Position numbers and translations under genes: made by a program. The notes beneath the pieces are model-generated. The model saw only the letters and a list, made by a program, of their open reading frames with translations. It did no database searches and was not told where the DNA came from. DNA of 64,000 nucleotides. It comes from an uncultured bacterium. GTDB taxonomy: Bacteria > Margulisbacteria > WOR-1 > CAVSGV01. The stretch is from the NCBI GenBank assembly GCA_963768305.1, contig CAVYHE010000003.1, positions 192,001 through 256,000 of the forward strand, written 5' to 3'. Below are positions 11,095 to 22,221 of this stretch, piece after piece. Positions within the stretch are counted from its first letter, which is position 1. Each line of letters begins with the position of its first letter.

Positions 11095-12226
11095 TGGACA
11101 GCCGTTTATATCATTTTGTGATAAAGGAATTCAGGCAGCTGGTAAGGGACCCGAGGATGCTCAGGGTCGCGCTGATGATGCCGTCTGATCCAGCTGGTCA
11201 TTTTCGGATATATCGCATCCACTGACATCAAAAACATCTCTGCCGCGATCATGGACGAGGACAGGTCGTCAATGAGCAGGGCGTATATTCAGAGCATAAA
11301 GAATACCGGTAATTTCAATGTGAAATATATGGTGAGCAGTGAAAAAGAGTTTTCCAGGCTTCTTGACAGCGGCAGCGCGGCGATCGCCGTACATATCCCG
11401 AAAGATTTTAAAAAAGACATTCTTTCCGGAAAGTCCGCCGATGTTCAGGCGGTAATTGACGGAAGCAATTCATCTAACGCAACGATAATCCAGGGATACA
11501 TTGACCAGATCAATTTCACTTATTCCAATGCGATTCTTGCCGGCAGGCTTAATAAGGCCGGATTGAACCCTGACAAGCCTTTCATTGTTCGATCTTGAGA
11601 CCCGCATCTGGTATAACCCGGACATGAAAAGCATTTATTTCATGGTCCCCGCGATATTTGCGCAGGTACTTATGATGATAAGCATGATCCTCACGACCTT
11701 CTCGATAGTCAAAGAAAAGGAAAAAGGCACCATTGAGCAGCTTCTTGTCACTCCGCTAAGGACATATGAGATAATGCTGGGGAAAATAGCTCCTTCGGTG
11801 ATCGTTGCTTTCTCTGATTCGATCATCGCCTTTCTTGTCGCGACATTATGGTTCCGCGTGCCGATACACGGCAGCATCATTTTACTTTTCACTCTGGGCA
11901 TCCTGTTTTCGCTTACAGGACTGGGTATAGGCCTGTTCGTTTCAACTGTTTCAAGGAACCAGAGGCAGGCGATAATGACCAATAACGTCATCATGTCGCC
12001 GCAGTTCATACTTTCGGGCTTTATTTTCCCGATCGCCAGCATGCCTGTTCTTATCCAGTGGATAACTCGGCTTATCCCTCTCCGCTATTTTCTTGTGATA
12101 GTAAGAGGGATATTCCTGAAAGGGATCGGTTTGAGATATCTCTGGAACGAAATATGGCCGTTGATAATATTCATTTCTGTTATACTATTCTTCAGTATCT
12201 CGGGATTCAGTAAAAAACTCGACTGA
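11094..12226 (+). CDS. ABC-2 permease (YbhR-like), frameshifted
   Basis: KEFRQLVRDPRML, WYNPDM, KEKEKGTIEQLLVTP, LSGFIFPI. Confidence 0.88.
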
Positions 12227-12244
12227 TCACGGAAGGAGGACAAT

Positions 12245-13258
12245 ATGAGCCTGATAAAAAAAGCGTTTGACCTGCTTGCTATGGACTGAGGCGTAATAAA
12301 AGATTATATTTTTCAATTGTCGGAGTTCTGGTTGTTCTGCTTTTGATCGACATCAATTCCGTACAAAGGAGCAGGATCCCCGTTAAGCCTTATAAGGTCA
12401 GCAACGGCAATATCACGGTCACCGTAGCGGCGCCGGGAATAGTAAAAGCGACAACGGCCCAGATGGCCGCAAGGACACCCGGAAGGGTGGAGTGGATCGG
12501 CGTCTCTGAAGGGGATGAGGTCAAGAAAGGGCAGCTTTTGCTGAAACTGGACAGCTATGAGAACGCCTTGAAGGAATACAGGCGCATCTCTGTCCTGTAC
12601 AGCAAGGGATTTGCTTCATCCCAGCAGCTTGAGGACGCAAAATTCACTCTTGACGGAACGGCGATCAAATCCCCGATAGACGGCACTGTATCGAATATCG
12701 CGGTGCAGATCGGCGAGCCGGCGGTCATGGGCGATCCGATAGTGACCGTTACGAATTCAAAAGGAATGTCCATCGAGATCCAGATCGATCAGGTGGATAT
12801 CGGAGGGGTGAAGAACGGAGAGGAAGTCAGGGTGATGGCCGATGCTTATCCGGACGAAGTCTTTGAAGGGAAGCTCGTATTTTCTTAATAATGAAGCTGA
12901 ACTCAAGTCCGTTGCCGGCAGGGTCAGACCCGACGAAGAAGACAAGGTTTTCAGGGGGAAAGTGGAGCTTATAAAGCCTACCGGGAAACTTTACCACGGC
13001 ATGAACGTGGACACGGAGATCGTCACTCAGACGCTGAATAACGCCCTTATAATGCCCAGGGAGGGCGTTCTGTCGGAAGGGGATAAGTATTACGCGTTCC
13101 TGGTCAAATACGGCAGGGCGCATAAAAAAGAGATAAAGATCTCGCTGCGGGATTCGTTCAATGTCGCCGTATCTGACGGGTTAAAGCTTAACGATGTTGT
13201 CGCGGTAACGAACGTCGCCAAACTGAAGGACGGTTCCAGGGTCAAGAATGAGCGATAA
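12245..13258 (+). CDS. MacA-like periplasmic adaptor (frameshifted)
   Basis: GGAGGA RBS; lipoyl-like VSEGDEVKKGQLLLKLD, IKSPIDGTV, DAYPDEVFEG, LYHGMNVD. Confidence 0.8.
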
Positions 13259-13956
13259 GGACGTCATTTTAAGCGTACGCGGCCTGGTCAAGACATACAG
13301 GCTTGGCAAAGTGGATGTTCCGGCCTTAAAAGGCGTTTCGCTCAATATTGAACGCGGAGAATTTGCCGCCATTACCGGGCCTTCGGGATGCGGAAAATCC
13401 ACTTTCATGCATCTTATCGGCTGCCTGGACAGGCCCACAAGCGGAGATATCATCATTGATAACGTCAAAGTTTCCACTCTGGATGACAACGAACTTGCCA
13501 GCATCAGGAATAAAAAGATAGGTTTTGTTTTCCAGGCGTTCAATCTTCTCCCGAAATTGACTGCCATCAAGAACGTTGAGCTGCCTTTGTATTATTACGG
13601 TGTCAAAAAAGAGAGCCGTGAAAGCAGGTCCGTTGACATGCTGAAACTGGTCGGTCTGGAAAATCAGGGTCACGCATAAGCCGCCGGAAATATCCGGAGG
13701 AGAAAGGCAAAGGATCGCGATAGCAAGGGCGCTAGTGAATGACCCCTCCATTCTGCTTGCGGATGAGCCGACCGGCAACCTTGATTCGAAGACCGGCGAG
13801 GACATCATGAGGATATTCCAGAAGTTGAACGACAGGGGCGCGACCATAATCCTTGTAACGCACGAAGCTGATATCGTCAAGTATACTAAAAGGGTGATAA
13901 GGCTTCGCGACGGTCAGGTCGTCGGCGACGAAAAATTGGAGCAGATAAGGTTATGA
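13248..13956 (+). CDS. MacB/LolD-like ABC ATP-binding protein (frameshifted)
   Basis: [46 protein letters not shown]. Confidence 0.9.
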
Positions 13957-15160
13957 TAAAAGTATTTTGAAGAATTACTTGAATTCTTCTGGCAGGCGCT
14001 GGAGACGCTGTGGAGTAACAAGATGAGGTCATCCCTTACAATGCTTAGGCGTCGTGATAGGGGTGTTCGCCGTCATCACACTTGTTGCGATAGGCGAAGG
14101 GGCAAAGCAATATATTTATGATCTTGTTTCAAGTTTCGGGACAGGGTCCACTTATATGGAGGTCCATCCCGGAAAGGACAGGGGGCCAGCCACTTTCACG
14201 GAGAAGCTTACTTATCAGGACTCAGAATCGATTGCGAGGGACTGCCCTGACGTTGCAAATGTGGATCCGAGGGTTTTTGCCGTCGGAGATATCAGATATG
14301 GGAAAGAAAAGATGGACATTCCGTTCATCATGGGTGTCTCCTATAAGTATCCTGCCGTGTTCAGCCACAAGGTCGTGAAGGGAAGGTTCTTTAACAAGAC
14401 CGAAGAAGATGTAAGGAAAAAAGTCTGCATTATCGGCCAGAAGATAGTGACGGAGCTCCTTTCCGGATTTGATCCCATCGGCGAAAGGATAAAGATAAAT
14501 TCGAAGAATTTCACGGTTGTCGGAGTGTTCGAGGAAAAAGGAGCGTTCCTCGGGTTTGACTACAATAAGATAGTCGTTATTCCTATAACTTCCGCCGAGC
14601 AGCTATTTGACACAAAAAAATTGATGGAGATAGGGGTCTCCGCCAAAAGCGACAAGGTGGTTTACAAGGCAAAAGATGAGATCCACCAGCTTCTTTTGAA
14701 ACGGCATAAAAAGGAAGATTTCAGGATAGATACACAGGAAGATTCCCTGTCGCTTATCAATAATATCCTCGGTTTCCTGACGCTGGTGATAGGCGGTATC
14801 GCGTCGATCTCTCTGCTCGTCGGTGGTATCGGGATCATGAACATCATGCTCGTGTCCGTGAACGAGAGGATACGCGAGATCGGCATAAGAAAATCGGTCG
14901 GCGCGACAAAAAGGGACATATTCCTTCAATTCCTTATCGAATCCGTGGTCATAAGCATGCTTGGCGGGACAATAGGGATAATCCTAGGGGTAGGGGCTTC
15001 ATTGGGAATAATGAAGCTTCTGGGGATCACTCCGGTGGTTTCTCTCTGGTCGGCATGTCTTGCATATTTCGTGTCGATATTGGTCGGTATTGTGTCAGGT
15101 GTTTATCCGGCTACCAGAGCGGCGCAATTGGATCCCGTCGAAGCGTTGAGGTATGAGTGA
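13953..15160 (+). CDS. MacB/FtsX-like ABC permease (frameshifts near the N-terminus)
   Basis: [57 protein letters not shown]. Confidence 0.92.
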
Positions 15161-15166
15161 AGTCTT

Positions 15167-16138
15167 TTAAGAATGCTTTTCCAGATAATCCTTGACGCTG
15201 ATAGCCGCTATCGCGCCGTCGGCGGCCGCTGTGATCGCCTGCCTTAGTGTTTTCTTTCTTATGTCTCCCGCGGCAAAAACGCCTTCAACATTCGTTTTTA
15301 AATGATCATCGGTGATTATATGCCCGTTTTCATCCAAATTGACCAGGTCTTTAACGATATCGGTGTTCGGTTCATTGCCAGCATAAATAAAGACCCCGTC
15401 GATATTGATCGATGATGCTTTATTGCTTTCAACATCCTTCAACTTAATGGAGCTTACTTTATCTTTGCCGGAAATCTCCTCGACGGTCGAGCTTAATTTG
15501 AAAAAGATCTTCGGATTGGCTCTGGCTTTTTCTTCAAGTACCTTATCGGCACGCAGCGTTTCCCTGCGATGGATAACCGTCACAAGTTTGGCGAATTTGG
15601 TCAGGAAGATCGCTTCTTCAAGGGCGCCGTTCCCGCCCCCGATTACGGCGACACTTTTATCCATATAGAAAGGACCGTCGCAGGTCGCGCAATATGATAC
15701 CCCTTTCCCCGTGAAAACATCTTCCCCTTTAACGCCTAATTTTTTCGGATTACTGCCTGTCGCGATTATTATTGTTCTGCTTGAATAAGAATGTTCTTCG
15801 GTCATAACTTTGAAGAGACCATTTTTTTGCTCAAGTTTAACAACATTTCCGAATACTATATCAAGGCGGTATTTTCTTGCTTGTGCTTCGAGCCTTTGCC
15901 CAAGAGCCATTCCGGATATTCCTTCGGGAAAACCGGGATAATTCTCTATCATATCGGTCATGGTTATCAGCCCGCCCGGGACGGCTTTTTCAATTAAAAG
16001 GGCATCAATATTGGCTCTTTTCGCGTAGATTCCGGCGGTAAGACCAGCCGGACCGCCTCCGATGATAATAAGTTGAAAAGGGGTCTTGTCTTCCCTGACG
16101 ATGGGGGCCATTTTTGGCTGAAGCTTGACAGTAGGCAT
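15167..16138 (-). CDS. trxB: Thioredoxin reductase
   Basis: GGGPAGLTAGIY, GVSYCATCDG, GGGNGALEEA, FAAGD. Confidence 0.95.
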   Translation of the reverse strand: MPTVKLQPKMAPIVREDKTPFQLIIIGGGPAGLTAGIYAKRANIDALLIEKAVPGGLITMTDMIENYPGFPEGISGMALGQRLEAQARKYRLDIVFGNVVKLEQKNGLFKVMTEEHSYSSRTIIIATGSNPKKLGVKGEDVFTGKGVSYCATCDGPFYMDKSVAVIGGGNGALEEAIFLTKFAKLVTVIHRRETLRADKVLEEKARANPKIFFKLSSTVEEISGKDKVSSIKLKDVESNKASSINIDGVFIYAGNEPNTDIVKDLVNLDENGHIITDDHLKTNVEGVFAAGDIRKKTLRQAITAAADGAIAAISVKDYLEKHS

Positions 16139-16139
16139 A

Positions 16140-17162
16140 TTATTTTTCTTCTATCCCTTTCACTGAAGCTCTGGAATGGCCCTGTATTATGATCTTGTTC
16201 TGACCAAGAAGCACAGTGATCTTGTCTCCGTATACTTCGTTTTTATCTCTGACTGCTTTGGCCTTTTCAAGCAATATCACTTTGTTGTTCAGGGTGTCAT
16301 ATGAAGCATTCTTGGAATAAGCTGATATTTTATCGTCCGTGAGAAAAACATCCCCAGAAAGGGTGATGGTATCGTTTCTCTGGTCGTAAACCGCTTTACT
16401 GCAAGTTATCTTTGAGCCTTTTCTGGCAATGATGACGTTCTTTTCGGCGTTAACAATATCTTTGCTGCTGTCGATAAAGAAAGATTCGGCCGATATATGG
16501 ATAGCTTTGCCGTCGGAATAAATATCACCCGAAGGATGCCCGGTTAAAAGTGCTTTTTCCAGCCCCACATCCGCTTCCAGTTTTTCTGAATTTATGAGAA
16601 GATCGCCCTTTGTGAGAGTGATGGATCCATTGCACACGAGTTTTTTTGTAGCAAGCTTCCAGTTAAGGTTTTTTGCCGAGAACCAATATCCTTCGTATTT
16701 ATTGCCTAATTTTGCTGGAAGATGGAATATGGATCTCAGGTCTTTTGATCCTTTCATGGCTTTCAGCTTATCCTTGATCGTGTTTTCAAATTTGATGTCA
16801 TATCCGATCGGATCATTCAAGTATATCTCGTTCGCATTCATATGCCATACCGCTGAGGGCGCCAGGAATTTAAGCGTGGGCTTTCCTTTGTCATAGAACA
16901 GGCCGTTGACATCGGTAAGGGCTGAAGTATCTTGGGATTTATTTATAACTGAGTTTTTTGAGACTAATTCCCAGTATTTTACCCCGTCATAAACCTCGGC
17001 AAGGGTCGAATCATTGAATATGACATCGGCCTTTTGTTTTTCATTTTCAAGCGTTTTTGAGACCTTTCCGTTGAAATCATCCTTAGGAAGCAGCGCCCAA
17101 ATAAAAAAACCGAAGATCACAAGCACGATCAGGCCGATTATTATCTCTTTTGATCTTTCCAT
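16140..17162 (-). CDS. LptC/LptA(OstA)-like LPS export protein with several jellyroll repeats
   Basis: N-terminal TM helix, GVKYWELVSK (LptC-like), C-terminal ITCSKAVYD...ITLSGDV and VYGDKITV (LptA-like). Confidence 0.7.
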   Translation of the reverse strand: MERSKEIIIGLIVLVIFGFFIWALLPKDDFNGKVSKTLENEKQKADVIFNDSTLAEVYDGVKYWELVSKNSVINKSQDTSALTDVNGLFYDKGKPTLKFLAPSAVWHMNANEIYLNDPIGYDIKFENTIKDKLKAMKGSKDLRSIFHLPAKLGNKYEGYWFSAKNLNWKLATKKLVCNGSITLTKGDLLINSEKLEADVGLEKALLTGHPSGDIYSDGKAIHISAESFFIDSSKDIVNAEKNVIIARKGSKITCSKAVYDQRNDTITLSGDVFLTDDKISAYSKNASYDTLNNKVILLEKAKAVRDKNEVYGDKITVLLGQNKIIIQGHSRASVKGIEEK

Positions 17163-17777
17163 TTAATATCCCAGCGCTCGCAGCCTCAAAGCTTCAAATG
17201 TTTCCTGGAAGCCGGGGCCGGGGCGCCCTTTCTTATAGTATGCAGCCCCAAGAAGAAGGTGGATCGCTGCGACATTCGAATCTATCGCGATTGCTTTTTG
17301 GCAATATTCAATAGCTTCGTCAATTTTGTTCATCTCGCCGTAAATGATAGCTATATAACCATAAGCGAAAACGTTCTTCGGGTCCTGCTTGATGACGGTC
17401 TGGAATTCATCGATCGCCTGCTTTTTTTGGTCATTAAAATACAATGCAAAGGCATATCTGAACCTGGCTTTCCAATCATCGGGAAAAAGCCTGACCTTTT
17501 TGGAGTAATATGCGAGAGCTTTAGGCGCATAAGTCCCGTCAAGCTCGTTCACTTTCTTCAATTCGGCAAGCCCGTCCTCTATTTTGTTCGAATATGAATA
17601 TGTGATCGCCAGATCAAAATGATATTGAGGGTCGTTGGGGTGCACCTTCACAAGCCATTGCTTGTCCTCGATCTCGCTTTTCAATTCTTTGGAAAGCTGG
17701 AAACAATCGGCAAAATGGGCCTTAGCGACCACAAAAGTAATAGCAAATAAAACTGACAGAATAGCGATTTTCTTCAT
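17163..17777 (-). CDS. Tetratricopeptide repeat protein, probably secreted
   Basis: Signal peptide followed by TPR-like helical repeats. Confidence 0.8.
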   Translation of the reverse strand: MKKIAILSVLFAITFVVAKAHFADCFQLSKELKSEIEDKQWLVKVHPNDPQYHFDLAITYSYSNKIEDGLAELKKVNELDGTYAPKALAYYSKKVRLFPDDWKARFRYAFALYFNDQKKQAIDEFQTVIKQDPKNVFAYGYIAIIYGEMNKIDEAIEYCQKAIAIDSNVAAIHLLLGAAYYKKGRPGPGFQETFEALRLRALGY

Positions 17778-17804
17778 AAAACTAACGATATTTTATCATA
17801 TATA

Positions 17805-18641
17805 TCATGATGAATGAACGATTTGTTGATGCAAGGCGATCTTAAATATCTCCATGTATGCGTCGCGTTTTTCATTGTTCGCCAGGGTGAACAAAGCTAT
17901 TAGCGGCATGAAGACCATGAGCAAAGCCCTGTAAATCTGGTAAATCACCGGCCCATAATGCTTTTTACAGAAATAAAGGCCGCTTCGGAAGCCTTCCACC
18001 AGGAATTTCGCATCGAAAGTTCGTTTACTGCTGTATCCGCCGTAATGGTATACTGCCGGATCGGGATAATACATGACCCTGAAACCAGCCTTTCTGGCGC
18101 GTTTGCATATATCCAGATCGTCATTATAAAAGAAAAGATTTTCATCAAGAAGGCCGATCTTATCCAGGATCGATCTCCTTATGAACATGCAGGCGCCTAT
18201 TACAAAATCAACTTCAACCGGTTTTTTTGAACGCCATTTTAATGTTGTAAAGATGCTTCCCTGGCGCTGGATAGTGCCGTCGATATTAAGCAGTTTGGGG
18301 CCGCATATGCCGATTCCGTGATCTTTGTCCATAAACTGCACGATATTTTGGAAAGTGTTTTCCTTGATAAAGGTATCATCGTTCAAAAGGACCGCATATC
18401 TGCCTTTCGCTATTTTCAAACCCTTGTTATTCGCCACGGTGAAACCCAGGTTCTTTCTGTTTTCTATCAATACAATATCGGGATGCTTTGATCTGAGCAT
18501 GTCGCAGGTCCCGTCCGTTGAACCGTTATCAGAAACGATGACCTCATATGAGATATCCTTCGTGAAGTTCTTGATGGAAGCGATGCATTCTTGAAGCAAG
18601 CTCTGATTATTAAGGGTGAGGATGATTACGGAAAGGTCCAT
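17805..18641 (-). CDS. Glycosyltransferase family 2 (WbbL-like)
   Basis: DLSVII, DNGSTDG, NLGF..ANN, LLNDDT, GLLDENLFFY. Confidence 0.9.
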   Translation of the reverse strand: MDLSVIILTLNNQSLLQECIASIKNFTKDISYEVIVSDNGSTDGTCDMLRSKHPDIVLIENRKNLGFTVANNKGLKIAKGRYAVLLNDDTFIKENTFQNIVQFMDKDHGIGICGPKLLNIDGTIQRQGSIFTTLKWRSKKPVEVDFVIGACMFIRRSILDKIGLLDENLFFYNDDLDICKRARKAGFRVMYYPDPAVYHYGGYSSKRTFDAKFLVEGFRSGLYFCKKHYGPVIYQIYRALLMVFMPLIALFTLANNEKRDAYMEIFKIALHQQIVHSS

Positions 18642-19319
18642 TCAATCCATGAACCTGTACTTGATTATGGCCCAGAGAGTGGGGATGCCGTCACGCCACG
18701 TGATCTTCTTGCCTTCTGACCAATCGCGCCCATGATATGAGATCGGGACCTCCACTATCTTTTTGCCGCTCTTAAGCAATTTTGCGGTCACTTCAGGTTC
18801 AAAATCAAAACGGGATGCCTTTGTCGTCAATGATTTGAACAAAGGGGTCTTGATCAATTTGTAGCAGGTCGCTATGTCCGTCAGCTTGGTCCCGTATAAC
18901 AAATTCAGGGCCAATGTCAGAGCTTTGTTCCCTAAGACATGTGCCAGTGACATGTTTTCGGTCCTGCCTAAGAATCTGGAACCATAGACAACGTCGGCGG
19001 CACCGGACCTTATCGGCTCAATAAGCTTCAAGTAATCGTTGGGATCATATTCAAGATCGGCATCCTGGATTATCGTGATGTCGCCGGTGGCGTATTGAAG
19101 GCCGGTCTTTATGGCGGCGCCTTTACCCTTGTTAACATCATGGAATATGGTAATGATACCGGGCCGGTCCATGGCTTTGAGCATTTCCCGCGTGCCGTCC
19201 GTTGAAAAATCATCCACCAGGATCACTTCTTTTTCCAGGGGAACAGCCAGGACTTTTTCAAGTAGCGTTCCGAGCGTATCTTTTTCATTATAAACTGGTA
19301 TTATGACCGATAATTTCAT
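18642..19319 (-). CDS. GT2 polyprenol-phosphate glycosyltransferase (Dpm1/ArnC-like)
   Basis: [40 protein letters not shown]. Confidence 0.9.
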   Translation of the reverse strand: MKLSVIIPVYNEKDTLGTLLEKVLAVPLEKEVILVDDFSTDGTREMLKAMDRPGIITIFHDVNKGKGAAIKTGLQYATGDITIIQDADLEYDPNDYLKLIEPIRSGAADVVYGSRFLGRTENMSLAHVLGNKALTLALNLLYGTKLTDIATCYKLIKTPLFKSLTTKASRFDFEPEVTAKLLKSGKKIVEVPISYHGRDWSEGKKITWRDGIPTLWAIIKYRFMD

Positions 19320-20990
19320 GGTTTATTTGTGAATAAAATGTAATTAGCGCTTTTATCCAGAACAACGGTCCTTCCTTTCAATGAAGAAATAAGTTTTGCT
19401 GCCGCTTCTTTATTGGCCGATACGCAATATATTTTTCGCTTTGATGATAGCAACCTTTTCATCTCTTTCTCGTATCGTATAGAGGATACGTTATTCCTCG
19501 AGTAGTATATCATAAAATGAGCGTCGGTTCCTTTATATTGGCAGACCATGTCCGATGGCTTCGCCTGAGCATTGATCTCCCTGCAGAAAGTGCTTATGGG
19601 ATTAAGTTTCGGGAAATATTCAGCGAGATCATATATGAAAACAAGATAGGATACGCCCGCAAAAAGAACGATACAAAGCATTGCAATCCTGTATTTTCTT
19701 GCAAAAATGAGGAAAGAACCTCTCAATAAGCGCTAAAGACATCGGCACAAGGAACCCGATAAGAAGGTTGGAATAATAACCGCTGACCTCCTTGAACGAG
19801 ACATAATAAAAAGTGAAAGCTATGGTGAATAACGGGATCATGACCAGGACTAAAGTTAAAGCGGCGGAAAGCATGGACATCCTCATTGCCTCTTTATCCC
19901 CGTCACCTTCCAGCAGGTCGGATATCATTTTCCCGATGATAATGGCCAGTGCCGGAAATGCCGGCAATATGTACCTGGATATTTTGTAGTTCAGCGAAAA
20001 AGAAAAGAATAGAAGGACCACCGCAAAACATATCAGGGGCAGTGAATGGGCCTTTTTCTTTATATTATAATAAATTGCCGGATATATGAAACCGGCCCAG
20101 GGGATGGCATTGATAAACAGCTGCAAAAAATAGGAGTAAAAATCATATTGTGGCTTTATTTTCGCGTATTTAACCGCTTCACTACCGATCGTATCTATGG
20201 GCTTGAAATATCTTCCTAAATTATGACCGATGAAAATATCGAGGAACGGCCGGCCAAGTATCCTGTATTCGGCCAGGAACCACGGAAGAGCTATCAATAA
20301 AAAAAGGCCCGAAGCGAAAATAAAATGAGAGGTCCAGGGAACCTTGATCTTATTGAAAAAGACATAGATCAGCAAGATGAGCGCTGGAAGAACAAGGCCG
20401 ACAGGCCCTTTTGTCAGTACAGCTAAAGAGACGAATATCGATGACAGATACAGATATCCCGCGTTGGACCGTTTTTCGAATAATATGAAGGAATATAGCG
20501 ACAGTAGGATGAAAAGCGTCAAGGGGATGTCCTGCAGCGGCGACCTCGCCTGATAAAAGAACTGCGCGGTGGTAGCAAGTATGATCGATGAAATAAAAGC
20601 TACCCGCTCATTATAGATCTCTTTTGCAAGTTTATATGTGAATAAGACGACCAGCAGCGCGCACAGACTATGCCAGAAGTTGAGCGCGAATTCGTTGACG
20701 CCGAAAAGTTTGAACGAAGCGGCGGTCACCCACATCATGAGCGGCGGCTTGTCGATGATGGTTGAAGCGTCCCCGTAATGCATTGTCAGCCAGTTGCCGC
20801 TCTCGACTATATTTTTTGCTATCTTCCCGTAAAACGCGGAATCTCCGTCAGTGATCGGAATGACGTGGATATTCCAGAAGAAAAGTATCGCGCAGATGAT
20901 CATTAATACCGGCAAATGGAACCCGGAAAGTAAATCCTGACTGCCGGCAGGAACTGTGCGTTTAAAAACTTTTAGATCGGTGATTTTCAT
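19316..20990 (-). CDS. ArnT/PMT family (GT-C) glycosyltransferase, frameshifted near 19725
   Basis: [40 protein letters not shown]; many TM helices. Confidence 0.88.
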
Positions 20991-21000
20991 ATCAGAACTA

Positions 21001-22221
21001 TTATACGGGACTTCGGTGCCGAAGCAATAGTTTCTCCATTATCGCTTCAATTTTATTGACCTGATCCTTCGCGTTGAATTGATGTTCCGCAGTGTGTCTG
21101 CCAGCCATAGCGATCATGTCGGCGAAAGACCTATCCGACAGCAGTTTGATCGCGGCATCAGCTATGCTTTTCGCGTCCGCGGGAGGGACAAGAAGTCCGT
21201 TCTTTCCGTTCTCGATTATCTCCGGTATACCGCCTACATTCGTCGCGATCACGGGTTTCGAACACGCCATCGCCTCGATTATTATCCTCCCGAAAGCTTC
21301 GTTCAATGACGGGACAACGATGACATCGGCGGCTGAGATCGCGTCGTGAACGTCCGGCCTTGAACCGGCAAAGATCACATCATGGTCATTTGCCATGCTT
21401 TCAAGCTTCCCGAGATAATTTTTCCTTCCCGGAAGCGTTTTGCCGACGATAAGAAGCCTTATATCAGGTACGGCAGCTTTTATAAGCGGGAAAGCTTTTA
21501 TAAGGTATTGAACGCCTTTCCTTTCCTCCAGCGATCCCGCGTAGACGATAGTTTTCCCCCGAAGATTAAAGTGCAGGCGTATCCTGTCCGGATCAAGCCG
21601 ATCGAACTCCGAAAGGTCAACAGTATTGTGTATAACGACAGCATTGTTCGACCTGATGAAGCCTTTCATCCAGTCGGATATCAATATTATCTTGTCCGAA
21701 CAAAAGCGGATCTTTGCTCTTATCAGTGAATTATTTACTCCTCTCAGGTCTTCCCGGATATGAGATATCACTGGGACCCTCAATAATTTGGCCGCTTTTG
21801 CCGCCCAGATCGATGCAGATGTGTTCAAATAGACCAAGTCGATATGTCTTTCTTTCAAAATCCGATAGATCTTCAATGAGGGGAACAGTTTATTGAGGAT
21901 TGAATCTTTATAGATCTGACAATATACATTTGGGATGTTCAGCTTTGCCATTATCTGGCCTTTTTCAGGCAAAGCGACCACTACGTGATATTTGTTCTTA
22001 TCAAGCATTTTTACGATGAGTGACAGGCTGACAGGCGCGCCTGAAAGATCCGATATGTGCGAAACGAATAAAATGCTTTTTTTATTGCCTTTGAACCTGC
22101 TGTTCATCCCTGAAAAGCGCGGATCCTTGTATTTATCCAATCCTTCTTTTATCCCCATCGAGAAATTATAAAATTTCAGCATTTTCTTTGGCAGGCGGCT
22201 CTCGAATTTTGAAAGTATCAT
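21001..22221 (-). CDS. Glycosyltransferase family 4 domain, probably the C-terminal half of a GT2-GT4 fusion
   Basis: SGAPVSL, KGVQYLI, EAFGRIIIEAMACSKPVIATNVGGIPE. Confidence 0.88.
   Translation of the reverse strand: MILSKFESRLPKKMLKFYNFSMGIKEGLDKYKDPRFSGMNSRFKGNKKSILFVSHISDLSGAPVSLSLIVKMLDKNKYHVVVALPEKGQIMAKLNIPNVYCQIYKDSILNKLFPSLKIYRILKERHIDLVYLNTSASIWAAKAAKLLRVPVISHIREDLRGVNNSLIRAKIRFCSDKIILISDWMKGFIRSNNAVVIHNTVDLSEFDRLDPDRIRLHFNLRGKTIVYAGSLEERKGVQYLIKAFPLIKAAVPDIRLLIVGKTLPGRKNYLGKLESMANDHDVIFAGSRPDVHDAISAADVIVVPSLNEAFGRIIIEAMACSKPVIATNVGGIPEIIENGKNGLLVPPADAKSIADAAIKLLSDRSFADMIAMAGRHTAEHQFNAKDQVNKIEAIMEKLLLRHRSPV

Noticed and set aside
10473..11225. 250-aa alternative-frame ORF
   Set aside because: Overlaps a clear permease; only its last ~40 codons are the true start of the next permease
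11538..12922. TGCCGGCAGG matches near 11538 and 12913 as further palindromic inserts
   Set aside because: Explained by ordinary Ala-Gly-Arg codons inside coding domains
475..15160. Programmed frameshifting or an alternative genetic code to explain the split ORFs
   Set aside because: Breaks are frame changes at varied contexts, not in-frame stops or a shared slippery motif; indel error is simpler
22158..22170. TATAAT 6 nt before ATG 22158 as a leaderless promoter
   Set aside because: No TG extension, and it lies inside the probable GT2-GT4 fusion
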